Source of the DNA: an uncultured Candidatus Saccharibacteria bacterium | GTDB lineage: Bacteria; Patescibacteriota; CPR2; UBA1875; CAIMLA01 | Assembly: GCA_964501135.1 (NCBI GenBank) | Contig: CAZCRI010000004.1 | Span: 1-45,237, forward strand | Direction of reading: 5' to 3' | DNA: 45,237 nt | Shown here: in pieces, positions 21,155-30,151 of the stretch | How positions within the stretch are numbered: position 1 is the first letter of the stretch | Layout: each line of letters opens with the position of its first letter | Program-made: the position numbers and the translations under genes | The notes under the pieces: generated by a model | The model's database searches: none | Told to the model about the DNA's origin: nothing | Seen by the model: only the letters and a program-made list of their open reading frames with translations

Positions 21155-21346
21155 TTATTTCTTCTCTTTGCCCAAAACAAATAAATATAGAATCTCAAGC
21201 AAACCAAGGGTATTTATCACAAGAAGCACCGCAAACCATGGCTTACTATCATTTTTTGCGGCACGCCAAAGTGCCATCCCCTTCCAAATTACAGACCAGA
21301 TGAGAACTACTGCCAGCAACCCTGGGTTCGAAAATAACTCTAACAT
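21155..21346 (-). CDS. DUF5652-like small membrane protein
   Basis: WSVIWKGMALWRAAKNDSKPWF..LL.INTLGLLEILY pattern; GGAGG SD. Confidence 0.8.
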   Translation of the reverse strand: MLELFSNPGLLAVVLIWSVIWKGMALWRAAKNDSKPWFAVLLVINTLGLLEILYLFVLGKEKK

Positions 21347-21358
21347 ACGACTTCCTCC

Positions 21359-21631
21359 CTAAAGTTTAAAATTAACAAGTACCTGATAGATCACGATAGC
21401 CGGCCAAACGATTGCCTTGACCACACCCAGTAGACCGTCACCGAAGCTCGTAGCGTGCTGAATAAAGTAGACAAGGGCACCAATGAGTCCCATGCCATAA
21501 ACAGCGCCACCACCGGCGTGCCCACCCATATTCCCATAGTTTTTACTTTTGCAACATCCGCTCCCCTTGGCTTCTTTTGCAACTTCGTGAATTGCGGTTT
21601 CTACAGCCGCTTCTGCCTTACTTTTTGCCAT
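21359..21631 (-). CDS. Small hypothetical membrane protein (90 aa)
   Basis: ATG 21631 with GGGGGAG SD and upstream TGCTAGAAT; Gly-rich GGGAVYGMGLIGALVYF helix plus second TM; the ORF-track start at 21763 is probably too long. Confidence 0.75.
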   Translation of the reverse strand: MAKSKAEAAVETAIHEVAKEAKGSGCCKSKNYGNMGGHAGGGAVYGMGLIGALVYFIQHATSFGDGLLGVVKAIVWPAIVIYQVLVNFKL

Positions 21632-21708
21632 ATCTCCCCCTTTCGTCTGAATATATTCTAGCACTTTTGGAGAAATTGAAAATATCCCACCGTTGTTGAG
21701 ATATTTAC

Positions 21709-21728
21709 TGGTGGAGTATAGGAGACTC
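21709..21728 (-). repeat. Direct repeat of the tRNA-Ala 3' end (att-like scar)
   Basis: TGGTGGAGTATAGGAGACTC identical to 21876..21895. Confidence 0.85.
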
Positions 21729-21838
21729 TCACTGCTATCTTGGCGAGTATACACTAAGCTCATCTCAAAAGCAGTGTCGAGAACTCAAACCAGTAAAAAG
21801 GGAATCCTTTGGCAATTTTAGGAGTCTCGCTCTTATGC

Positions 21839-21878
21839 CCAAGATAAAATCCCCACCAAAGTGGGGATTTTATCTTGG
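21839..21878 (-). terminator. 18-bp perfect hairpin immediately 3' of tRNA-Ala, overlapping its CCA
   Basis: CCAAGATAAAATCCCCAC-CAAA-GTGGGGATTTTATCTTGG. Confidence 0.65.
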
Positions 21879-21952
21879 TGGAGTATAGGAGACTCGAACT
21901 CCTGACCTCTTCGCTGCCAGCGAAGCGCTCTAGCCAACTGAGCTAATACCCC
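21876..21952 (-). tRNA. tRNA-Ala(GGC)
   Basis: Reverse complement GGGGTATTAGCTCAGTTGGCTAGAGCGCTTCGCT-GGC-AGCGAAGAGGTCAGGAGTTCGAGTCTCCTATACTCCACCA; G3:U70 identity pair present. Confidence 0.97.
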
Positions 21953-22101
21953 TCGTCAGCACAAGCTGACGTGTTATGCAGAGTGATTTAAACCAACTGC
22001 TTCACACTCTCGCTGTGCTTCCTCCTCCAGGCAAATCTATTCCGCATTTTCCCGGTTAATGAAGGATTCCGAGATATTCTAGCATAAAATTACAGCAGTT
22101 T

Positions 22102-22950
22102 CTAGGTTCTGATTATAGCAATCCTGTCTATATCGGCATAGTCACCGATGATCTCGACTGTCGCTTTTGGCATGGTTCCTTGCACAACTTTTGTGATCAG
22201 GGGCCCTTGGTTGTAACCAATCTCCAAAAAGACCACGCCGCTATCGGCCAGATAATCTGGTAACACTGGAAGAAACTTCTCGTATATTTCCATTCCAGCC
22301 TTACCCCCGTCTAGGGCAAGCCTAGGTTCGTAATGAATAAGATCTAGGGCCAGTGACTCCATGTCTTCGTGCGGTACATAAGGTAGGTTGGCTACGATAA
22401 GGTCGAATTTTTCACCATTCCAAGGTGACAATAAATCCCCCTTCCTAAATTCCACGAGATTATCGAGCTTGTTCGTTACCGCGTTTTTCCTCGCTACACC
22501 CAATGCTTTCTCGGAAACGTCCGAAGCAAAATAGCTATTATTGACGCCGAGTAGCTTGGCGAGAGAAAGCACTATTGTTCCACTGCCGGTACCAACATCT
22601 AAAATCCGAACGCCCCTACTCTCACGGAATTCAGAGGTAATTTTCTCTATCAAGAGCTCGGTTTCTGGACGTGAAATCAAAACGTCAGTCGTTACAGCAA
22701 GGTCTAGGCCCATAAATTCAATCTCGCCCGTAATATACCAAACTGGTTCATGTTTTGAACGCCTATCAATCCATACTCTATATTTGTCTTCCTGAGACGC
22801 AGTGAGCTTCTCTTCAGAGTGAATATACAGATATGTCTTGTCTTTACCCACGATCTTGCGCAACAAAAAATCCGCCGAGGCTCTCGCCCCCTCGACTTTT
22901 GCATTCTTGAGTATTTCTCGTCCCCATCTTAGAGCTTCTTCAATCGTCAT
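22102..22950 (-). CDS. prmC: Release-factor glutamine methyltransferase
   Basis: EPVWYITG..EF.GL.L.V..DVLISRPETE, LDVGTGSG, NLPY variant of NPPY, EPRLALDGG..G. Confidence 0.95.
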   Translation of the reverse strand: MTIEEALRWGREILKNAKVEGARASADFLLRKIVGKDKTYLYIHSEEKLTASQEDKYRVWIDRRSKHEPVWYITGEIEFMGLDLAVTTDVLISRPETELLIEKITSEFRESRGVRILDVGTGSGTIVLSLAKLLGVNNSYFASDVSEKALGVARKNAVTNKLDNLVEFRKGDLLSPWNGEKFDLIVANLPYVPHEDMESLALDLIHYEPRLALDGGKAGMEIYEKFLPVLPDYLADSGVVFLEIGYNQGPLITKVVQGTMPKATVEIIGDYADIDRIAIIRT

Positions 22951-22956
22951 ATTACT

Positions 22957-22992
22957 AATTATTCTAATATTCTTAAGAATATTAGAATAATT
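22957..22992. repeat. 36-bp perfect AT-rich palindrome with no loop
   Basis: AATTATTCTAATATTCTT|AAGAATATTAGAATAATT, checked base by base. Confidence 0.9.
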
Positions 22993-24284
22993 TATCCCTT
23001 AAACTCAACTGATTTATCGAGGATTCTAATCTTGTCACCAAAGTGAGCGCCCAATTTTTCGGCCTTTTTGATAATGCCCATCTTGGTCATAATGTCATAA
23101 ATTCTAGCTACCGCATAAGGGTTATTGAAGTCAGTTTTTAAGACGAATGGTTCTAAGCGTGAAGAAGTAATAATGTAATCATCTCCTTCTTTCTTGACTC
23201 TCATTTCGACTCGATCCCTCACGTCTTCAATGGTATAAACTTTCTTCTTGGCACCAGGTAGTTTCTTCGGAATCCTAGCAAGCTCCGAGGAAATCTCGAG
23301 AAGTAGTTCCCTAACCCCGACTTGGGTCGCGCCAGAGATTGCGAAGGGTTTCTTATCAAACTTAAAGATGTCTTTATGGGAAGATAATATCTCATTTGCT
23401 TGGGTCATAAGCTGCTGCAATTTTGCTTCGTCCACCAGGTCAATTCTCGAGATTACCAAGACTTGAGGCTTCTTTAAGATGTCTGGATTAAACTCGGCGA
23501 TTTCGGCATTGATAACTTCGAAGTCAGCCACGATGTCCTCACTGGTTGCGTCCAGTAGATGAGCGATCACACGGGTACGCTCAATATGACGAAGAAATTC
23601 GTCTCCCAAACCTTTGCCCTGAGCCGCACCAGCGATAAGTCCAGGCAAATCGGCTACGACAAAACCTTCCTCACCAAAACCTTCAACAACCCCAAGGTTG
23701 GGGCTGATGGTCGTAAATTCATAATTTGCAATTTTTGGCTTAGCGGCAGAAATTACTGAAAGCAAAGTCGACTTACCGATGTTTGGCAGTCCTACAAGGG
23801 CTACGTCTGCAACGAGCTTTAGCTCCAAACGAATATCAAATTCTTCACCCTTGATGCCAAGCTCAGCAAAGCGTGGTGTTTGTCGGGTAGAGGAAGTAAA
23901 GTGGGCATTACCATAACCACCTTCTCCGCCCTTGGCAACGACTGCTTCGGCACCAATTTCGTCCAAATCGGCAATCAACTTACCGCTGGTAGCGTCATAA
24001 ATACTGGTACCAACTGGGACATCAACAATTAGATCTTTGCCGTTCTTGCCATGCTTACGTCTTCCTAGACCCTCTTCCCCAGACTCCGCCTTTAGACTTC
24101 GGTTTGTCTTGTAGTAATACAAGGTATTCCAGCTGGGATGGACTCGGAAAATAACGTTTCCGCCATCGCCACCATCACCGCCATCAGGACCCCCAAACTC
24201 ACGGTATTTCTCGTGCAAAAAACTAAGGTGGCCATGACCACCGCTTCCTGCTTTTATCTTGATTTCTACTTTATCGCAAAACAT
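22992..24284 (-). CDS. obgE: GTPase ObgE/CgtA
   Basis: Gly-rich Obg domain (GGPDGGDGGDGG), GLPNIGKS, YEFTT, DLPG, C-terminal OCT-like domain. Confidence 0.97.
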   Translation of the reverse strand: MFCDKVEIKIKAGSGGHGHLSFLHEKYREFGGPDGGDGGDGGNVIFRVHPSWNTLYYYKTNRSLKAESGEEGLGRRKHGKNGKDLIVDVPVGTSIYDATSGKLIADLDEIGAEAVVAKGGEGGYGNAHFTSSTRQTPRFAELGIKGEEFDIRLELKLVADVALVGLPNIGKSTLLSVISAAKPKIANYEFTTISPNLGVVEGFGEEGFVVADLPGLIAGAAQGKGLGDEFLRHIERTRVIAHLLDATSEDIVADFEVINAEIAEFNPDILKKPQVLVISRIDLVDEAKLQQLMTQANEILSSHKDIFKFDKKPFAISGATQVGVRELLLEISSELARIPKKLPGAKKKVYTIEDVRDRVEMRVKKEGDDYIITSSRLEPFVLKTDFNNPYAVARIYDIMTKMGIIKKAEKLGAHFGDKIRILDKSVEFKG

Positions 24285-24351
24285 TGAATGACCTTTATTT
24301 CAAAGGCCATTCTAACACAATTTTATGATTTTGTCACGATGAAAGACGCCC

Positions 24352-25686
24352 CTATCCGCTACACCCACCGAAGAAGTTACAAGGATTGAGCCTAGTTCCA
24401 CCGGTGATAATTTCAAAGTGAAGATGTGAGCCGGTAGAGCGCCCTGTACTACCCATATATCCAATCACCTGCCCCTTGGATACATAACCGTCAATAATGT
24501 TTAAACTGCTCATATGAGCATAACGAGTCTGATATCCATTGCCGTGATCGATAAGTATGGTATTACCATAGCCACCATTATACCCATATTTCGCTTCGAC
24601 AATCCTTCCCGAGTCTGAGGCATAAATCGGCGTTCCGATTCCGCCAGGAACATCTATCGCCCAATTGTGATAGCCGTTATAGTAGCCTTCGCCGTTACTG
24701 GTTGGGAACATAAAGTTGCCAGAACCGTTAATCGCAGAGGTACTTCCACTTGAGCCACCGAAATCGCTACTATCGTCCGAAGATGTCGTGGCCTTTGCTA
24801 CAGGAGTAGGTTTTGGTGCCTCAGGAATTTCACCACCAGGAATCAAAAGCTTCATTCCCTCTGTAATATCAACTCCCCAAAGATCATTTGTGGAGACGAT
24901 GATTGCTTCTGTTACTAGGTAACGTGAAGCAATACCGGCAAGGGTATCACCCGAAGCTACTGTATGTAGCACGCCCGAGACCGGCAGTATGGTCAGGGTA
25001 TCCCCTGGTTTTAAGTCATCAACGTTTGTAATTCCGTTTGCATAGCGTACAGTATCGGTAGAAATGTTAAATTTACTTGCGATGGTAGATAGAGTATCAC
25101 CACTTTGGACAACATAGCTCTTAACCCCTGCTGCCTGACTAGAGCTACTATCATCGACCGCTGCGACTGGCACGCTTGCCAAATAATTTACTCTTGTGTC
25201 TATTGTACTCAAGTCATTATTCATCTTCTCGGCTACTAACGCTGCGTCCTGACCCAGCTTGTTGCTATACCAACCAGCCAAAGTCGCAACGGCATCAGCC
25301 TCGAGGAGGCGCTGTTGATCAGCGGAAACAAATTGGCTCGCCGATTGCTGCGCCGGGCTAAAAGGATTCGTACTAACACTACCACTATTACTATCGCCAA
25401 TAGAAAGTGTAGAAAAACCACTAAAAAGAGCCAAAACTATGACCATTATGATTGAAAGGTGAGAAACATCAGAGAGTGGACGTCTAAAAGTAGCCAGGAG
25501 ATATCTTCTGATACCAAAAATCCCCTTCTTCGTCGCCTGTGTCCTATCGCCGATCTCCGACTTAAGCGCTGGCGCCACCTTGGAAGCACCTTTTGTAATT
25601 CTTTTTACGTTCTTTACTAGTCCAGAGGCTGCTCGCGCTATCCTGCTGGTTAGTCTCTTTGTGTGAGTACTAATACCCACCTCCAA
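24352..25686 (-). CDS. Membrane-anchored LysM x2 + M23 metallopeptidase
   Basis: TM helix; YVVQSGDTLSTIA and HTVASGDTLAGIA LysM repeats; HNWAID, GYGN, YAHM, GRSTGSHLHFEI. Confidence 0.93.
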   Translation of the reverse strand: MEVGISTHTKRLTSRIARAASGLVKNVKRITKGASKVAPALKSEIGDRTQATKKGIFGIRRYLLATFRRPLSDVSHLSIIMVIVLALFSGFSTLSIGDSNSGSVSTNPFSPAQQSASQFVSADQQRLLEADAVATLAGWYSNKLGQDAALVAEKMNNDLSTIDTRVNYLASVPVAAVDDSSSSQAAGVKSYVVQSGDTLSTIASKFNISTDTVRYANGITNVDDLKPGDTLTILPVSGVLHTVASGDTLAGIASRYLVTEAIIVSTNDLWGVDITEGMKLLIPGGEIPEAPKPTPVAKATTSSDDSSDFGGSSGSTSAINGSGNFMFPTSNGEGYYNGYHNWAIDVPGGIGTPIYASDSGRIVEAKYGYNGGYGNTILIDHGNGYQTRYAHMSSLNIIDGYVSKGQVIGYMGSTGRSTGSHLHFEIITGGTRLNPCNFFGGCSG

Positions 25687-25703
25687 AACTTAAAACAGTG
25701 TAT

Positions 25704-25732
25704 ATTCTAATAGCTGGCTCTATTCGTGTCAA
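25704..25732 (-). promoter_or_regulatory. Sigma70 promoter of the LysM/M23 gene
   Basis: TTGACA-17-TAGAAT. Confidence 0.65.
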
Positions 25733-25736
25733 GTCT

Positions 25737-26777
25737 CTACCTGAGGTATTTCGCCACATTTGCATTATGTTCTTCTATAGTCTTTGCATAGTAGACCTGA
25801 TCGTTTGCTGCAATAAAGTAGCGGAAAGCAGTTATTTCCGGGTAAACCACTGCGTTTATAGAATCCAATCCTGGATTACAAATCGGACCTACGGGCAAAC
25901 TATCAACTAAATAGGTATTATATGGTGAGTTTAGCTGAAGGTCAGCCGCGGTCAACTCTTTTCGATCTTCACCGAGAGCATATGCAACCGTAACGTCAGA
26001 CTGCAGTCTCATTCCTTCGTTCAAACGAGAGAGAAAAACGCCAGCCACAAGTTTGCGATCAGCGGGCTTATTGGCTTCTTTTTCAACAATAGAAGCTAGG
26101 GTAATGGTTTTATAAAGGCCTAGACCAGACTTACTGGCGGCACGCAAATCAGGGGTCACACGCTTACCAAAATTGTCGAGCATCATTTTGACTAGCGATT
26201 CTGGGGTGGCTGTCACCGAAACTTGATAAGTATCAGGGAAAAGGAAACCCTCGAGAGACACGCTATCCGGCTTACCTTCTAGGAAATCGTAAGAGTACTT
26301 GCCCCCTGCCGCAGTGGTAAAATCTGCCTTCTTTGCAATGCCCTGTTTCTCCAGATACTCCCCAATCTGTGAGATTGTCCATCCCTCTGGGATGGTAATG
26401 CTACGACTAGTCACTTTGCCTTTTGTGAGAATATCAGCAATCTGAAGAGGAGCCATGGTCGGTGATATTCTGTACTCTCCAGCCTGAATTGTACCGGAAA
26501 GACCAGATACTTTCAGATAGAGCATAAACATAATATCGCTAGAGATTAGCTTCTGATTTCTCAGATTTGTTGATATTACTCGCAGTCCCTCGCCGTTTAC
26601 AACAGTAAAGCTCTTCTCGGACGCGTTTCTATTCAGGGGTGTACGAACAAAATGATCAAATGTCCCCCAGATAAATAAACCGATGACTAGAATAATCCCA
26701 ATCGCTATAAGTAAATACTTTTGCAACACATTTGCAGCCAAATACTCACGAGTTTTTTGTATAAAAGTTTTATTCAT
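25737..26777 (-). CDS. mltG: Endolytic transglycosylase MltG
   Basis: TM anchor, IQAGEY, ITIPEGW, LEGFLFPDTY, ASIVEKEA catalytic Glu, SPYNTY...LPVGPICNPG; ATG 26777 with GGAGG. Confidence 0.95.
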   Translation of the reverse strand: MNKTFIQKTREYLAANVLQKYLLIAIGIILVIGLFIWGTFDHFVRTPLNRNASEKSFTVVNGEGLRVISTNLRNQKLISSDIMFMLYLKVSGLSGTIQAGEYRISPTMAPLQIADILTKGKVTSRSITIPEGWTISQIGEYLEKQGIAKKADFTTAAGGKYSYDFLEGKPDSVSLEGFLFPDTYQVSVTATPESLVKMMLDNFGKRVTPDLRAASKSGLGLYKTITLASIVEKEANKPADRKLVAGVFLSRLNEGMRLQSDVTVAYALGEDRKELTAADLQLNSPYNTYLVDSLPVGPICNPGLDSINAVVYPEITAFRYFIAANDQVYYAKTIEEHNANVAKYLR

Positions 26778-26796
26778 TTCTTGCCTCCGTAACTGA

Positions 26797-27207
26797 TTAT
26801 TCAACATTATTTTGCCTCGAGAGGTAGCTCTCCAAAATAATGCAAGCTGCCATTGCGTCTATTTCGGATTTCACTAGGCGCCGTTTACCCATTGAGTGCA
26901 GTCTATTCTCTGCTTCGTTTGAAGTAAGCACTTCATTCTCGTATTCTACCTTAATATCAATTTCCTTTTCTAACTCGGAAACATAGGCCTTAACGTCTTC
27001 TGCCTGAGATCCCAAACCACCGCTTGGGAGAAAAGGTAATCCGACCACAATCGCCTCCGGACTTTCCTTCGAAATCATCCCAATCACATATTCCATTGAA
27101 TCATCACGCGACACTGTACCGAATGGGCTCACCGAAATACCTAGGTCATCACAAGTGGCAACTCCGACACGTTTGGTACCTACATCTAGTGCAATATACT
27201 TAGACAA
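26797..27207 (-). CDS. ruvX: Holliday-junction resolvase-like/pre-16S nuclease RuvX (YqgF)
   Basis: ALDVGTKRVGVA, IVVGLP, E.LTSNEA, IDAMAACIILESYL. Confidence 0.93.
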   Translation of the reverse strand: MSKYIALDVGTKRVGVATCDDLGISVSPFGTVSRDDSMEYVIGMISKESPEAIVVGLPFLPSGGLGSQAEDVKAYVSELEKEIDIKVEYENEVLTSNEAENRLHSMGKRRLVKSEIDAMAACIILESYLSRQNNVE

Positions 27208-27208
27208 C

Positions 27209-28834
27209 CTATTTCCTCGAACTGTCTGAAACGGTAATCGTCAAATAAATATTATTCTTTATCCTAGGAAAACTGCGAATAAATGAAGGGAAATACTCTA
27301 GCTTACTGCTCTCTACTCCGTCCAACGCTGCCAAATAATTGGTAGCTTGGGTATTGTTTAGCCCGGTAAGTTCGGCTTTCACTTTCTCCTGGTCTAGTTT
27401 ATTGGCCACGTAAGCGGTTGTGGTTACCGTGCCGGTAATTTTCCCCGTGTCGAGCTCTGCCGTATCGGTTCGTAACTCCAAAGACGAGGAACCGTCGTCG
27501 ATAATTTGCCTCGTACCACCTAGCTGTCTTGTGACTTCTGATTTAACTAAAGATCCCAGATCTTTTGTACTCAAGGCTACTGCCTTGATGCTAACCTTGA
27601 TAGTTAGAGTAAAATCAGAGGCTTCCTGATCCACCGACGGATTTGCTGTCGCCGAAACCACCTCGGTTTTTTTGCTACTATCAATTACCTTGAGCTCGCT
27701 AGATTTAGTCGCGAATTCTGCCGTCGCTTCATTTGTAGTATCTTTCGATAAAGCATCCTTTGCAGAATTAATGTCTCCTTGAGTGACAACAGTCACCTGT
27801 TTTGTGGTACCGCCGGAAACTGCCGTAACGGAAGTAATTGTTGGTTCTTCGTCATTCACCGCCGAAAAAGTTCTACCCGAAGCGACATTATACTTTTCAC
27901 CCGGATTCTGAGCGGAAACTTCAACTTGTGTCACCGAACCTGGGGTCAAAGAGATACTACTATTTGTAAGGTAGATCAAACTAGAATCGGAGCCCAGCTG
28001 AATACGAGTCCCAGAAATCCAATTCCGTGCCGTTTTTCCTGAAGAAAGGTAAACTTCCAGCTTCCCTGTAGCTTTTGTTCCTGCGTCCTTTTTGCCAGTC
28101 GCTGGATATTTCTTGCTGCCATCCTTGGTAACTTCAACAATTTTTGTCGGAATCACCGCTTTTTCAGAGTCGAGTTTGGCGTCCTTATCACCCGTGATGC
28201 TGATTGATACTGGCTTGCCTTCGGATTTCATATATACAGTCGCTCTTGCCCGAGGTAAATAGACATAGCCGACAATCAGCAATATAGCCAACGGAATACC
28301 GCCAAATATTAAAACTTTTTTCCAAGGAAATTTTGGCACTAAGCTCTTCGGGTTACTATCGATTTCATCATCGAGCTCGTTCTGGGATTCATCTGCGCGT
28401 GTTACAAGATCCTCTTTCTCGTCAGCCTCTGAAATCGTAAATTCATCTGGCTCAACAGTGAGTGCTGCGGGAACGGCTTCCTTGTCGAAGATTACCTCGT
28501 TTGTATTCAATAGCGGATCTGCTTCATTCTCTTTGAGCGGGGCTGCCATCACCACTTCTGCTGCACTTAGTCCTGCGACGGCAGAGGCCGCGGCAATTCC
28601 AACCTTACCCGCTAGATTACGCAGCACTTTATCCCCAGTCACTATGGAAATACTTTTATTTAGACTTTCCGCCTTCTTTTTGATCAATTTCAGATTTACC
28701 ACACTTTGCGAAATGCTGGCGCCTTTTGGCACCACCAAGACAATGTCGGTAAACTCGGTTTTGCGAATCTTATCGATAACCGAGGTTATTTCCTCATCTG
28801 GCTCCAAATAAATTGTTTTTGGTGTTACTACCAC
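27209..28834 (-). CDS. Conserved bitopic membrane protein with baseplate-J-like external region
   Basis: N-terminal IYLEPDEEITSVIDKI..VLVVPKG..VNLKLIKK domain, acidic linker, TM at ~174-194, Thr/Ser-rich external part with VSA..PGEKYNV...GG pattern; family call from memory. Confidence 0.6.
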   Translation of the reverse strand: MVVTPKTIYLEPDEEITSVIDKIRKTEFTDIVLVVPKGASISQSVVNLKLIKKKAESLNKSISIVTGDKVLRNLAGKVGIAAASAVAGLSAAEVVMAAPLKENEADPLLNTNEVIFDKEAVPAALTVEPDEFTISEADEKEDLVTRADESQNELDDEIDSNPKSLVPKFPWKKVLIFGGIPLAILLIVGYVYLPRARATVYMKSEGKPVSISITGDKDAKLDSEKAVIPTKIVEVTKDGSKKYPATGKKDAGTKATGKLEVYLSSGKTARNWISGTRIQLGSDSSLIYLTNSSISLTPGSVTQVEVSAQNPGEKYNVASGRTFSAVNDEEPTITSVTAVSGGTTKQVTVVTQGDINSAKDALSKDTTNEATAEFATKSSELKVIDSSKKTEVVSATANPSVDQEASDFTLTIKVSIKAVALSTKDLGSLVKSEVTRQLGGTRQIIDDGSSSLELRTDTAELDTGKITGTVTTTAYVANKLDQEKVKAELTGLNNTQATNYLAALDGVESSKLEYFPSFIRSFPRIKNNIYLTITVSDSSRK

Positions 28835-28842
28835 AATTCCCC

Positions 28843-30102
28843 TTACTGCATCCCGCGAACAATCTTTTGCAAGATTGACGGCATCACTTCGTCTTCTATA
28901 TCCATATCTACGATCAGAGACCCTAGCCCCATTGGGGTGATGTCTTGCTGATCCTTGATGTGACCAGTCTCGTCTACCATATTAGCAACATCAGCAGGCT
29001 TAATAAAGCTCACTTTTGGCTTCTTAGCAAAAGGAAGATCCTTATACCAGTCACTAGCCTCTAGTGCCTGTTTAATCTCGGGCAACGCCGAGCCACCGCC
29101 ACAAAGTAAAATCCTAGAAGGCAACGAATCTACCTCGGAGAACTCAGAAAGGCTTAGCTCCACACCGGATAGCCATACTTCGGCATCCAACTCTAGGGCA
29201 TCCTTCACCTTTTCGGCGTCTTCTTTCTCTAGCTGATCCGTGGCATAAGCAAGCTTAATCTCTTCGGCTTTGGCAAAAGGAACATTAAATGACTGAGCTA
29301 CCCTCTTGGTAAAGCTACGACCTCCGATGGCAAACATCTTGGTACCCTCAAGTCCCCCGTTTCGCACTACAGCTATATCAGAGGTTCCACCACCGATATC
29401 GATAAAGATTGCCGAGAACTCCCCCGCCTCGTCAACTCCTACTGATCTAGCGACCGCATATGGCTCTGCCGCAATACTAACTAGTTCCAAGCCGAGATCC
29501 GAGGCTATGGTCTGCAGCGCCCCCAGATGAACCATAGGTGCAAAGGCATTAAAAATACCAATCGAAACATCTTTTCCCTGGAACCCAACTGGATTTGTTA
29601 CCTTATAACCATCAATTTTGACATCAACAATAGAGGCGGAAACTAGCTTAACGTCTAACTCTGCTTGCCCAGTCTCCCATGCAAGCTGCTCGCGTGCTGC
29701 GTCATATGCCTTCCATTGCACCTTATTCACAATATTTTTGAGCTCAGCAAGATCAATTTTCTTCGTTGGATTCAAGCGCTCATAATGGACCGTGGTCGTA
29801 GTGCCTTTCACGAGCTCACCAGCAATGCCGATAATACATTCATCAGCAACAACCCCAGCCATCTCTTCGGCGATATCAAGCGCCTTGCTACAATTTTCGA
29901 CCACACCAGCGATATCCGTTACTGTACCGCCGTGCATATCACCAAGCCGCTGCCTAGCACGACCCGTACCGACTATAACTCCCTTGCCGTCTTCGATTTT
30001 AAAAATAAGAGCCTTAACAAACTCGGTACCAATGTCTAGTGAGACATAATGCGGTACCTTTGGCTCCTTGGTAGTCTTGATTTTTTCGAGAAAATTCTTC
30101 AT
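28843..30102 (-). CDS. FtsA-like actin-family ATPase
   Basis: SLDIGTEFVKA phosphate 1, IAAEPYAVA, FIDIGGGTSDIAV phosphate 2, AEEIK, ILLCGGGSAL adenosine motif; FtsA-type 1C subdomain. Confidence 0.85.
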   Translation of the reverse strand: MKNFLEKIKTTKEPKVPHYVSLDIGTEFVKALIFKIEDGKGVIVGTGRARQRLGDMHGGTVTDIAGVVENCSKALDIAEEMAGVVADECIIGIAGELVKGTTTTVHYERLNPTKKIDLAELKNIVNKVQWKAYDAAREQLAWETGQAELDVKLVSASIVDVKIDGYKVTNPVGFQGKDVSIGIFNAFAPMVHLGALQTIASDLGLELVSIAAEPYAVARSVGVDEAGEFSAIFIDIGGGTSDIAVVRNGGLEGTKMFAIGGRSFTKRVAQSFNVPFAKAEEIKLAYATDQLEKEDAEKVKDALELDAEVWLSGVELSLSEFSEVDSLPSRILLCGGGSALPEIKQALEASDWYKDLPFAKKPKVSFIKPADVANMVDETGHIKDQQDITPMGLGSLIVDMDIEDEVMPSILQKIVRGMQ

Positions 30103-30116
30103 AACCCTCTTCGTAC

Positions 30117-30145
30117 ATTTTAGAACAAAGAGCCGTAATATTCAA
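30117..30145 (-). promoter_or_regulatory. Putative sigma70 promoter of the ftsA-like...mltG operon
   Basis: TTGAAT-17-TAAAAT. Confidence 0.55.
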
Positions 30146-30151
30146 ATGTGT

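Noticed and set aside
22010-22060. SRP (4.5S) RNA candidate from the GGAGGAGGAAGCAC segment
   Set aside because: It lacks the CAGG-helix-GNRA-helix-AGCAG domain IV geometry.
22360-22400. NLPY instead of NPPY in PrmC, and DNN instead of DxD in the HAD at 44427..45035
   Set aside because: Both variants are common in these subfamilies and do not indicate inactivation.
27209-28834. Prophage or contractile-injection-system interpretation of the baseplate-J-like gene
   Set aside because: No sheath, tube, spike, terminase or capsid genes nearby; the protein has a TM anchor and sits in a housekeeping operon.
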